A stretch of DNA of 20,000 bases from an uncultured virus (IMG/VR IMGVR_UViG_3300050029_000262) (taxonomy: Duplodnaviria > Heunggongvirae > Uroviricota > Caudoviricetes). The DNA lies in the IMG/VR virus record IMGVR_UViG_3300050029_000262; one strand, written 5' to 3'. Of the stretch, positions 7,002 to 14,690 are shown piece by piece. Under the pieces are notes generated by a model, which had not been told where the DNA came from, ran no database searches, and was given only the letters and a program-made list of their open reading frames with translations. The translations under genes and the position numbers were made by a program. Numbering within the stretch: the first letter of the stretch is position 1; each line of letters opens with the position of its first letter.

Positions 7002-8764
7002 TGCCCTCTATTGCTCCTTACGCCCTCGCGCATCTCAAGCCGGCGCCTCCCAAGGCCGCCAGCACGCCGACCGCCCAGACCATGACCAAGGTGCTCGACA
7101 CCGCCTACAACGGCACCGCCAAACTACTCAAGGCGTTGGAGACGGACGGCAAGAAGCTCATCTTCATCGCCGCGGCGGACAGCGGCCCCGACCGCCAGGC
7201 CGGCAAGGATAACGCCACCGGCATTACCTGGGTAGCGGAGCGCATCGCGCCCTCCTTCCTGGCCAAGATGACGCGGCTGGCGCAGGAGGGCAAGATCGAA
7301 CTAGTGGACGGGCACACGGGCGGCCTGCCCATGGCCCGCTGCCACCGCACCGCCACCACCGACGAGTTACAGACCCTCGGCTACGCGCCGGGCTACGAGG
7401 CCTTCCTGCCGGTGTTTGAAGTGGAGCCGGGTTCCGCCGCGGGGGAGCAGCTTTGGCTGATGGCGAAGTCGGGTACGCTGGACCGGGAGTTTTCCGTGGG
7501 CGGCAAGATCACCGCGGCCCGCGTGGTCTGGGACGGCACCCTGGGCGGGTTCGTCAAGGAAATCACTGATGGCGACGTGGACCATGTCGCCTGTTGCCGA
7601 CCCGGTGTGGCGGCCAATGGCCGGACTGGTTTGCTGGGTGCCATGATGAAGGCCCTGGATGCCTCCGGCGCACCCTGGAACAATGAAGGAGTAACCCCAA
7701 TGGCAACCCCGCCCCTCGGCAAGGCCTACGTGGACGGTTGCGGCGAGGTGGAGATCACCCCCGAGGACATTGACGAGGCCAACGAGGACCGCGCCAGTTA
7801 CGTCTACTCCTCGGACTTCGCCGCGGCTCTGGCGCAGTTGCGGATGCAGCAGGAAATGCCGATGATGTCGGAACTGCTGATGTCCGTCCTCGGCACCATC
7901 CTCAACGACAGTGATGTGACCGACAAGCGGGCCGCCATGAAGACGGCCGTGGATGATTTCGTGACCGCCACGGAGGCCGTCACGGGGGCGGCACTCTCCA
8001 AGACGATCGCGCCAATTACAGTAGCAACGGCAGAGGGGCCTCGCGCCACTCCCGTCATTCCACCCGCCACGCAGGCAGGAGGTCGTACCATGTCTATGCT
8101 CAAGACGTTGCAGGGCGAGGGGCGCGAGAAGGTGGCGCAGCTCCTCGGCACCACGCCAGCCGGTCTGGATGAACTGACCGTCGCCGAAGTGTTCAGCAAG
8201 GCAGCCACGTTGGACCCGGCCAGCCAGGCCGTACTCGCCAAGGCCATGCTGCCGACGCCGGCGCTGCCTGCTGGTGATCTCACTTCCATCGGTGCCTCAC
8301 TGGTGACGATGGACACCCTTGCGAAGTCACTGGTGACGATGGACACCCTTGCGAAGTCACTGGAGTCCGCCGCGACCAAGATGGCCGCGGCTGCTGACAA
8401 GCTGGCGAAGTCGGCGGAGGAGGCCCCGGCGCCGGTCGCCGCCGCGCCCGTGGAAGTTGCGCCCGTCGCGGCTGCCCCGGCCCTGACGATGGACGCCGTA
8501 CAGTCCATGATCGACACGGCTGTTAGCGCGGCCACGGCACCGCCCGCCGCGGAGGCCCCGCCTGCCGCAGCGGAACTGGGCAAGAGCATTGACCCGGCCA
8601 CCGCCCAGGGTCTCATCAACGCCGCCGTGAAGGACGCCCTCAACAAGTCACTGGGGCCGGTCGGCTCCGCCGTCACCCCGACGGTTAGCGACCGGGAACG
8701 CGTCATCCAGTTGGTCAAGGACAAGGGGCCGGACGGCGCTCTTGACGCCATCTTCCTCCCGTAG
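7001..8764 (+). CDS. Prohead (capsid maturation) serine protease fused to scaffold region
   Basis: GGAGG RBS and ATG 7001. LVDGH (His), REFSVGG (Ser) and VDHVACCRPGVAAN match the HK97/herpes-assemblin-type prohead protease pattern; Ala-rich helical C-terminal half; immediately upstream of the capsid gene. Confidence 0.85.
   Translation: MPSIAPYALAHLKPAPPKAASTPTAQTMTKVLDTAYNGTAKLLKALETDGKKLIFIAAADSGPDRQAGKDNATGITWVAERIAPSFLAKMTRLAQEGKIELVDGHTGGLPMARCHRTATTDELQTLGYAPGYEAFLPVFEVEPGSAAGEQLWLMAKSGTLDREFSVGGKITAARVVWDGTLGGFVKEITDGDVDHVACCRPGVAANGRTGLLGAMMKALDASGAPWNNEGVTPMATPPLGKAYVDGCGEVEITPEDIDEANEDRASYVYSSDFAAALAQLRMQQEMPMMSELLMSVLGTILNDSDVTDKRAAMKTAVDDFVTATEAVTGAALSKTIAPITVATAEGPRATPVIPPATQAGGRTMSMLKTLQGEGREKVAQLLGTTPAGLDELTVAEVFSKAATLDPASQAVLAKAMLPTPALPAGDLTSIGASLVTMDTLAKSLVTMDTLAKSLESAATKMAAAADKLAKSAEEAPAPVAAAPVEVAPVAAAPALTMDAVQSMIDTAVSAATAPPAAEAPPAAAELGKSIDPATAQGLINAAVKDALNKSLGPVGSAVTPTVSDRERVIQLVKDKGPDGALDAIFLP
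8090..8764 (+). CDS. Nested in-frame scaffolding protein (internal start), 224 aa
   Basis: AGGAGGT (8077-8083) 6 nt before an in-frame ATG (MSMLKTLQ); analogous to lambda C/Nu3 and Mu I/Z. Confidence 0.55.
   Translation: MSMLKTLQGEGREKVAQLLGTTPAGLDELTVAEVFSKAATLDPASQAVLAKAMLPTPALPAGDLTSIGASLVTMDTLAKSLVTMDTLAKSLESAATKMAAAADKLAKSAEEAPAPVAAAPVEVAPVAAAPALTMDAVQSMIDTAVSAATAPPAAEAPPAAAELGKSIDPATAQGLINAAVKDALNKSLGPVGSAVTPTVSDRERVIQLVKDKGPDGALDAIFLP
8297..8363 (+). repeat. 30-bp perfect tandem duplication in the scaffold (SLVTMDTLAK x2)
   Basis: TCACTGGTGACGATGGACACCCTTGCGAAG twice, plus a partial third copy TCACTGG. Confidence 0.95.
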
Positions 8765-8783
8765 TCGTACATGGTCATTCCAA

Positions 8784-8822
8784 GGGGGACGGGGCCGGCC
8801 TACCCGCGCCGCCCCGTTCCCC
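8784..8822 (+). other. Strong GC hairpin between scaffold and capsid genes
   Basis: GGGGGACGGGGC (8784-8795) pairs with GCCCCGTTCCCC (8811-8822) with one G-U pair; no U-tract. Confidence 0.65.
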
Positions 8823-8831
8823 CAATCGCAG

Positions 8832-8878
8832 CAAGGCCGCAGCACACATCGCGCCAAGGCCGCAGCACACATCGCGCC
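8832..8878 (+). repeat. 23-bp perfect tandem repeat in the capsid gene leader
   Basis: CAAGGCCGCAGCACACATCGCGC at 8832-8854 and 8855-8877. Confidence 0.95.
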
Positions 8879-8934
8879 CGCGGGAGCGGACCCTGACCCA
8901 AAATCATTAGCTCATCAGAGGAGCGTAAGCCATC

Positions 8935-10314
8935 ATGGACGATGTACTTGCCAAGTCGCTCAACCCGACCAATGCGTCAACTTTGCAGCATGACGATTGG
9001 TCGCCCATTCTGACGGAGGCGGCTTTCCGGGACATGCAGGCACTCCAGTACCTGCCCATCCTGCCCAACCGCCAGGGCACGCCGTACAAGTTCAACAAGC
9101 GCATCGCCATGCCGTCCGCCTACCCGGAAGGCTCCAGCGCCCTCGCGCAGACCGCCGGCAACAACTCCTCCTACACGGAGAAGTCAACGGACATCAAGAT
9201 CATCCGCAGCTACGGCTCCTATGACAAGTTCCTGGGAGCGACCGCGCGGCAGTTGGACATCAGCAAGTCTGAGGTCCTCGGCGCCGCCAAGTCGGTTGGC
9301 GAGGAGTTGTGCGGCGAGGTCTTCTGGGGCGACGAGGCGGGCAACACCTACACGGTGGACGGGTTCGATGCGGCCACCGACGTGAACCGCAAGGACTTCG
9401 CGGCCGCCAAGGCGACCTGCGACCTGCTCGACGGCATGAAGTCACTGTCCATGCGCAGCGGCACACGCGGCGCGGCCCGCATGTACTTCATGTCCGACTA
9501 TCTGCGGGATGCGGTCTCGCAGCACTGCGTGCGCACGTACCAGCACCGGCTGGACATGGCGAACGTGAACTACCCGCGCGCCGATGGCGGCCTGACCCTC
9601 GCCCACTGGCAGGGCATCCCCATCCTGCCGTGTGAGTTCACCCGCCCGTCCGCGCAGACCGGCGCCCTCACCGCCACTCCGCAGACCTACGGCGGCACGA
9701 TGGCGGACGGCGCCTACTACGTGACCGTCGCCGCCGTCACCCGCTACGGCGAGCAGTTGGCGGCCACGCCCGTCCTGGCGACCATCAGCGGCGGCTCCGG
9801 CCTGGGCAGCATCGACATTGTGCTGCCCGCGCCCTTCAGCCACGCCAACGTCAACGGCCCCTGGGGTGAGGCGCTGTACTGGAAGATCTACGTGTCGGCG
9901 GCCGCCGGCCTCAGCACCAACTGCCGCCTGCGCGCCACGACCAACGCCCTGACCTATGACAGCGCGGGCACCCCCACCGGCTACGTCACCGCCTACACCT
10001 ACACCGGAGCCAACACGGCCCGCGGTGGTGCGGTGGGTACGGCGGCCTCCGGCGCGGAGGATCTGCCGCTGACCGGCACGCTGGCCGTGCCGGATGAGAC
10101 CATCTTCCTGGTCTGCATCGACCCCGCCGTAGGGTGCGAGATTCCCTGCACGGGCTACCCCGAGGACACCCAGATTGACTATTACAGTCTGCTGGCCATG
10201 TCCAAGCTGGGAGCCCTCCGCGACGCCACCGACTTCTTCGTCAAGACCTATGCGGGGTTGGCCGTGAGGTACGGCGCCACGCATGTCGAGGCGCGCCGCG
10301 TCCGGGCTGAGTAG
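8935..10314 (+). CDS. Major capsid protein (HK97 fold; phage K/A511-like, with a beta-rich insertion domain)
   Basis: GAGGAG RBS; follows the protease/scaffold and precedes a terminator. N-terminal VLAKSL..ASTLQHDDWSPIL, insertion GGTMADGAYYVTVAAVTRYGE...YWKIY, and C-terminal MSKLGALRDATDFFVKTYAGLAVR..ARRVR recall herellevirus capsid proteins. Confidence 0.88.
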   Translation: MDDVLAKSLNPTNASTLQHDDWSPILTEAAFRDMQALQYLPILPNRQGTPYKFNKRIAMPSAYPEGSSALAQTAGNNSSYTEKSTDIKIIRSYGSYDKFLGATARQLDISKSEVLGAAKSVGEELCGEVFWGDEAGNTYTVDGFDAATDVNRKDFAAAKATCDLLDGMKSLSMRSGTRGAARMYFMSDYLRDAVSQHCVRTYQHRLDMANVNYPRADGGLTLAHWQGIPILPCEFTRPSAQTGALTATPQTYGGTMADGAYYVTVAAVTRYGEQLAATPVLATISGGSGLGSIDIVLPAPFSHANVNGPWGEALYWKIYVSAAAGLSTNCRLRATTNALTYDSAGTPTGYVTAYTYTGANTARGGAVGTAASGAEDLPLTGTLAVPDETIFLVCIDPAVGCEIPCTGYPEDTQIDYYSLLAMSKLGALRDATDFFVKTYAGLAVRYGATHVEARRVRAE

Positions 10315-10353
10315 CACGCCCGGCGCACGCTGACAATCTGCTGACCCACGATG

Positions 10354-10388
10354 AAGGGGCGCGGTCCTGTCCGGGCCGCGCCCCTTTT
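10354..10388 (+). terminator. Intrinsic terminator after the capsid gene
   Basis: AAGGGGCGCGGTCC / GGGCCGCGCCCCTT stem (one U-G pair), 5-nt loop, ending in TTTT. Confidence 0.75.
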
Positions 10389-10426
10389 GACAAACCGAAA
10401 ACGGAAAACGGAGCGTACACACAATC

Positions 10427-11053
10427 ATGGCTACCTGGACGTTGCAACGCCGAGACCAGGTGAACCAGGGCACAGTGAGTTGCCCTTCCGGGAACGTCTA
10501 CCCGGTTGACCTGCGGGCCTGCGTCACGGTCAACAACGAGCATGACCGGGATGCCCTGTTGGAGGTGGGCAGGCCGCCGCAGTTCATGCGTGACCTGGGG
10601 CATGACCGACATGGTTTTTGGGAACTGGTGGCGGTGGACGGCGTGCGCGTACCCTCGCCCGCGGGCGCGGACGGGCGGGCGGCGGCGCGGGCAACCGGCC
10701 CCTTGACCCCCGCCGACCCGGAGGCCCTGAAGATATTCGGTGACTCCTCCCGCCGGCCAGACGAGGAGTTGACGATAGAGGCCGACGAGGGTGAGACGGG
10801 CGCTCCCCCGCCGACCATGCCGCAGGCCCGTCCGGCACGTCCTCAGGGCGGCGCGGACTGGCGGACGGCCAAGGCCAAAGCGGCGCAGAAACCCGACCCG
10901 GCGGAGCGCGCCAACAGACTGAATACGAAGGGGCCCGCGGGGCGCGTCTGCCCGGCCATCACCACGAAAAATAGGCCCTGCCAGGGTATCCCGATGGCGG
11001 GCCGGAAATACTGTCCCATGCACCTCAAACTGGAGCGGCAGGAAGGCGGGTAG
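10427..11053 (+). CDS. Hypothetical protein with C-terminal CCCH zinc finger
   Basis: C-terminal CPAITTKNRPCQGIPMAGRKYCPMH (C-x9-C-x10-C-x2-H) after a low-complexity linker; lies between capsid and neck genes. Confidence 0.75.
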   Translation: MATWTLQRRDQVNQGTVSCPSGNVYPVDLRACVTVNNEHDRDALLEVGRPPQFMRDLGHDRHGFWELVAVDGVRVPSPAGADGRAAARATGPLTPADPEALKIFGDSSRRPDEELTIEADEGETGAPPPTMPQARPARPQGGADWRTAKAKAAQKPDPAERANRLNTKGPAGRVCPAITTKNRPCQGIPMAGRKYCPMHLKLERQEGG

Positions 11054-11059
11054 CCTCTG

Positions 11060-11743
11060 ATGGCGGTCCAGGACCTCTGCACCTACGATGATGTCTACGT
11101 GCTGGTCGGCGACCTGCTGGCCGACAAGTGGACGAGTGCCCAACTCCAGGCCTTCTGTGACGGCAACTCAACCACCCTGGGTTTCATTGAGCAGAATAGT
11201 CGCTACCTCGAGAAGCAAGCCGGGCAGGCATTCTACGCTCGCACGGAAACGCACTACCTCAGCGGCAAGGGCACCAATATGGTGCTGCTACCCGAGGAGG
11301 TCTTGCCGCCCATCACCAACCTGGTGCTGTCCTACCAGGAGATCGGGACGGGCTGGACAGAGACCACGCACTACACCTGGAACGATGCCGGTATCATTCG
11401 GCTGACGGGCGCTTCCGATCGCGGTTTCTTCAGTCGCAGTGAGATGCCGCGCTTCTCGGTGGGCACCAACAACGTCCAGGCCACAGTGACCTACGGCTCC
11501 GACGTGGTTCCGGCGGATGTGCGCGGTGCCGTCGCGCAACTCTGCGCCATCGACCTGACGCGCCGCTATGTGCGGGAGGCCGGGCGTGGCATCAAACTCA
11601 GAGTACTGGGTGACCGCCGGGAGGACTACGGCATTGGCGGACAGTTCTCCGAGGACATTCTGCTGTGGCAGCAGTTCGTGAATGACACCATTGCCGTCTA
11701 CCGTGGCGGCGTGGGGTCAACCCAGGCCAGCAAGAGCGGATAA
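11060..11743 (+). CDS. Head-tail adaptor/connector (SPP1 gp15/HK97 gp6-like, long form)
   Basis: LCTYDDV N-terminus, YLEKQAGQAFYART, NVQATVTYG...VPADVRGAVAQL and RVLGDRREDY are typical adaptor patterns; gene order fits. Confidence 0.75.
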   Translation: MAVQDLCTYDDVYVLVGDLLADKWTSAQLQAFCDGNSTTLGFIEQNSRYLEKQAGQAFYARTETHYLSGKGTNMVLLPEEVLPPITNLVLSYQEIGTGWTETTHYTWNDAGIIRLTGASDRGFFSRSEMPRFSVGTNNVQATVTYGSDVVPADVRGAVAQLCAIDLTRRYVREAGRGIKLRVLGDRREDYGIGGQFSEDILLWQQFVNDTIAVYRGGVGSTQASKSG

Positions 11744-11749
11744 CGCACC

Positions 11750-12145
11750 ATGCCAGCCTTCGACTTTACCGGCTACACCGCGGCGCCCGGTGCCCTGTTC
11801 AACTGGGACCTTGAGGTAGTATCCATCAAGCGACCCGCCACGACAGGGCGCGTGTTTACGGCCATCGCCACGAACCTGAAGTGCAAGGCGGACGGCGAGG
11901 AACAGGGACTGAAGATCACGCAGGCGGGCGCCTTCCCGGCCTATCAGCGCAAGTTTTTCTTCGCCTGCTTCTACATCAAGATCGTTGCCAGTGTGCGGAC
12001 GGTGGTGGACGTGCGGACGTATCTGAAGTTGCACGATACCCTGGTGGACGCGGACGGTGTGGAGTGGCAGGTCGAGAGCATCGCCAATCCGGGCGGCGCG
12101 GACGAGCACCTGCAAGTGCTGGGGCATCGCGCCCCGCTGGAGTAG
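11750..12145 (+). CDS. Putative head-closure protein (SPP1 gp16-like)
   Basis: C-terminal LKLHDTLVDADGVEWQVESIANPGGADEHLQV pattern; follows the adaptor. Confidence 0.65.
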   Translation: MPAFDFTGYTAAPGALFNWDLEVVSIKRPATTGRVFTAIATNLKCKADGEEQGLKITQAGAFPAYQRKFFFACFYIKIVASVRTVVDVRTYLKLHDTLVDADGVEWQVESIANPGGADEHLQVLGHRAPLE

Positions 12146-12151
12146 CGTATC

Positions 12152-12724
12152 ATGGCCGGGACCTTCCCGCGCATTGAGCAAGTCGGCAACCTGCTGGGCC
12201 GCCTGACCTGGATACCGGAGAGTGGCCGGGGCAGCCAAGGCGGCCTGACCGTGCAGTTGGCGACGAACTTCAAGAGCAGCATGATCGACTTCAAGCGCAC
12301 CTGCCAGTACATGGCCGAGATACCGAAGGACGTGTTTCAGCCGGCGCAGAACAAGGCCCTGGACCTGGCGGTGAAGTACAGCAGCGGACCGGGGCAGCCG
12401 CCTGGCACTTACAGTTTGGGAAAGGCACGCAAGGCCAGCGACTACCTCATCAACATCAAGAGCGGGTTGATGGTGGGTCGCTGGCGCAAGCGGGCCGTGA
12501 CGCAGACCGATACGGAAGTGGCGCTGGCCTTGTATAATACGGCCCGCAGCGGGCGCGGCTTCAACTACCCGCTGGCATTGTTCACGGGCACGCGGAAGAT
12601 GCGCGACCGCCCGCTGCCGCAGAAGATCGACCAGGACATTAGCCGGGAGTTGGAACTGCTGTTGCAACGGCACCGGATGCGCGTGCTGCGCTCCTGGCGC
12701 AAGGCCAGCCAAGAAGTGGAGTAG
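12152..12724 (+). CDS. Putative neck/tail-completion protein (HK97 gp10-like)
   Basis: Basic protein with KSGLMVGRW and NTA..NYPLALFTGTRKMRDRP, matching the Y....GT.KM..RP pattern of HK97 gp10-like proteins. Confidence 0.7.
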   Translation: MAGTFPRIEQVGNLLGRLTWIPESGRGSQGGLTVQLATNFKSSMIDFKRTCQYMAEIPKDVFQPAQNKALDLAVKYSSGPGQPPGTYSLGKARKASDYLINIKSGLMVGRWRKRAVTQTDTEVALALYNTARSGRGFNYPLALFTGTRKMRDRPLPQKIDQDISRELELLLQRHRMRVLRSWRKASQEVE

Positions 12725-12730
12725 TGGACC

Positions 12731-13204
12731 GTGCCGACCGAACCCGCCCGCCTGACGCAACTGGACACGGTACTCAGCACTTCGCTGGGCTTCATCGAGA
12801 CGGCGCTGGACGCCTACATCCTGACCATCACCGGAATGCCGCACATCAAAAGCTACGGCACGGGCGACCCGACGTGGGTCAACGATGACCAGTACCCGAC
12901 CGTGCGGGCCAGCGGCACGATGTTCCCGGAGGCCAAGATCGCGGGCCGCACCATCGAGCCGCACTACAAGCTGGACTACATCGTAGCCTTCAAGGCCAGG
13001 GACACGGATGAGGCTTACTACGACGGCGTTCGTCTGGCCGACCTCATCCTGCAAATCATGCTGGCGAATGACGTCTACCCGCCGTACTGGCGGTACATCA
13101 ATCGGTCCTCGGTGACGGTGGCTCCGGCCGCCTCGCAAGACGGCAAGTGGCAGGGCGGCCTGTTCAGTTGCCAGGCCATCGGCGACCAAGTGAGTTGGCT
13201 CTGA
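12731..13204 (+). CDS. Putative tail terminator protein
   Basis: 157-aa acidic protein (GTG start) with YPTV motif, between the neck gene and the tube gene; function mainly from gene order. Confidence 0.55.
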   Translation: MPTEPARLTQLDTVLSTSLGFIETALDAYILTITGMPHIKSYGTGDPTWVNDDQYPTVRASGTMFPEAKIAGRTIEPHYKLDYIVAFKARDTDEAYYDGVRLADLILQIMLANDVYPPYWRYINRSSVTVAPAASQDGKWQGGLFSCQAIGDQVSWL

Positions 13205-13440
13205 TGCGTAAGGAAAACGGAAAGCAGCGACAAGCGGCGGAGCCTATCCCAGAGGAGATCATCATTTCCGCGGAGCCGGAGGTGGCCGCAGCGGCGGTCG
13301 TGCCGCCGGGCTGCCGCAGCCGCGCCTCGCTGAAGACCTACGGTCCCATCGGAGTGCGCTACGCGGCGCCGCCGCGATTCGCGAACCAGCCAGCGGAGCC
13401 GGTCGACCAAACCGTGACCGCACAGAATGAGGAGGACTGA
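13204..13440 (+). CDS. Small hypothetical protein, 78 aa
   Basis: ATG overlaps the upstream TGA and the ORF exactly fills the gap to the tube gene; low complexity. Confidence 0.45.
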   Translation: MRKENGKQRQAAEPIPEEIIISAEPEVAAAAVVPPGCRSRASLKTYGPIGVRYAAPPRFANQPAEPVDQTVTAQNEED

Positions 13441-13442
13441 CC

Positions 13443-14363
13443 ATGCCAGCTTTGCAGAATGGAGTGCGGCGCGGCGGCGAAGGCCGTGTCTACTACGCCG
13501 CGCAGACAAGTTTCGGCGAGCAGGTCGTGCCCAACCTGCCGCTGCCCTACTGGGCCAACTTCACCGCCGGTAAGCGCGGCCACACGGCGGAAGTCCGGGC
13601 GGGCGGTAGCCGCTCCCCCGTGGAACTCGAAGAGGGGATGTTCGGCGTGGAGTGGTCCGTCAGCTTCCCGAAGATTCAGGGCGGTGCCTTGGCCGTGGCC
13701 TTCTACAACCTGGTCGTCGCGGCCGGGTCGCCGGAGGAGTTGCCACTGTTCTCACTGGGCTACGGCGACGACCGCAACTGCTTCATCATCCAGGACTGCA
13801 AGCTGGATGTGCGAAACCTGCATGGCAACGCCGGCGACAACGAGTGGCTGACCGGGGACGCCTCGGGGTTTGGCGGCCTCGTCCGCGCCAAGACCCCGGT
13901 GTTCGCGGAGCAGACCTATATCGACAGCCGGGGCATGGCCATGCACGAGGCCGTCCACTCCGTTTGCGAGTTGGCCGGGTTCTCCAGTGTCTTCAGCAAC
14001 GGGCTGAAGATGTTGCCGGTGGTGGCGGGCCCGTCGCCGTCCCCCTTCCGCGCCAGCCGCGAGTGGGACTACCTGGTGGAGGGCAACGAGACGCACAGCG
14101 GCGAGTACCGCTTCTTCAAGCGGCGCACGGATCTGCTGCCCACCGCCGACCCGGACGCGCCCGGCGGCCTGAACGCCGGGGACATTCCGTCGTGGACGGA
14201 CAGCCTGGTATGGACCAACAAGGCCAACCCGTATGACGCCATCACCCTCGCCTGGGCGGGCCAGAAGGCCCGCGATGAGGATGACCGCCTGCCCGGCGAC
14301 GACAGCGAGATCGAGTTCACGGTGCCGTGGCTGGCTACGGGCGAAGTGCTGTCCGTGACGTAG
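13443..14363 (+). CDS. Major tail (tube) protein
   Basis: GAGGAGG RBS; VYYAAQTSFG N-terminus, IQDCKLD, FSSVFSNGL, EGNETHSGEY patterns of roughly 300-aa siphovirus tube proteins; upstream of chaperone and tape measure. Confidence 0.75.
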   Translation: MPALQNGVRRGGEGRVYYAAQTSFGEQVVPNLPLPYWANFTAGKRGHTAEVRAGGSRSPVELEEGMFGVEWSVSFPKIQGGALAVAFYNLVVAAGSPEELPLFSLGYGDDRNCFIIQDCKLDVRNLHGNAGDNEWLTGDASGFGGLVRAKTPVFAEQTYIDSRGMAMHEAVHSVCELAGFSSVFSNGLKMLPVVAGPSPSPFRASREWDYLVEGNETHSGEYRFFKRRTDLLPTADPDAPGGLNAGDIPSWTDSLVWTNKANPYDAITLAWAGQKARDEDDRLPGDDSEIEFTVPWLATGEVLSVT

Positions 14364-14375
14364 GCAGAACCGCGT

Positions 14376-14410
14376 GCTGTACGCTGTACGCTGTACGCTG
14401 TACGCTGTAT
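14376..14410 (+). repeat. Heptanucleotide tandem repeat (GCTGTAC)4 GCTGTAT
   Basis: Directly visible in the intergenic region after the tube gene. Confidence 0.95.
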
Positions 14411-14447
14411 GCAGCATGAAGTTGAAACAGGAAAACGGGAAAACATC

Positions 14448-14690
14448 ATGGCGCAGGAACCAACACCCCGCCCGGCTTTGGCCGCGGTAGACGACATGCA
14501 GCTTGCCTCGTACCTGGTGTCACGCGGTCTCGACATCACCGAGTTGAAGCCCAAGCCGGGCGGGCGCTACGTCTGGGCCATGTTTGTGAACACCGATGAG
14601 TATCAGAGACTCCGGCGGGCGTGGCCCATGTCGCCGGAGTTTCTGGCCTTTCAGGTCTACAACGACTTGCTGTCGCAAGTCAAAAGCTGA
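14448..14690 (+). CDS. Small DUF5659-like phage protein, 80 aa
   Basis: DMQLASYLVSRG...GGRYVWAMF resembles the D..LAAYL...G...F.F pattern; start chosen at ATC-ATG 14448 after an A-rich leader. Confidence 0.6.
   Translation: MAQEPTPRPALAAVDDMQLASYLVSRGLDITELKPKPGGRYVWAMFVNTDEYQRLRRAWPMSPEFLAFQVYNDLLSQVKS

Noticed and set aside
8832..8878. Possible mini-CRISPR array
   Set aside because: The two 23-bp copies are directly adjacent with no spacer, and no cas genes are present.
11717..13189. Long minus-strand ORFs (490 aa here; also 145-927, 976-1890, 4459-5358, 7804-8778, 9442-10473, 10241-11143, 17117-17992)
   Set aside because: Antisense shadows of high-GC + strand genes; Arg/Pro/Ala-rich with no recognisable motifs.
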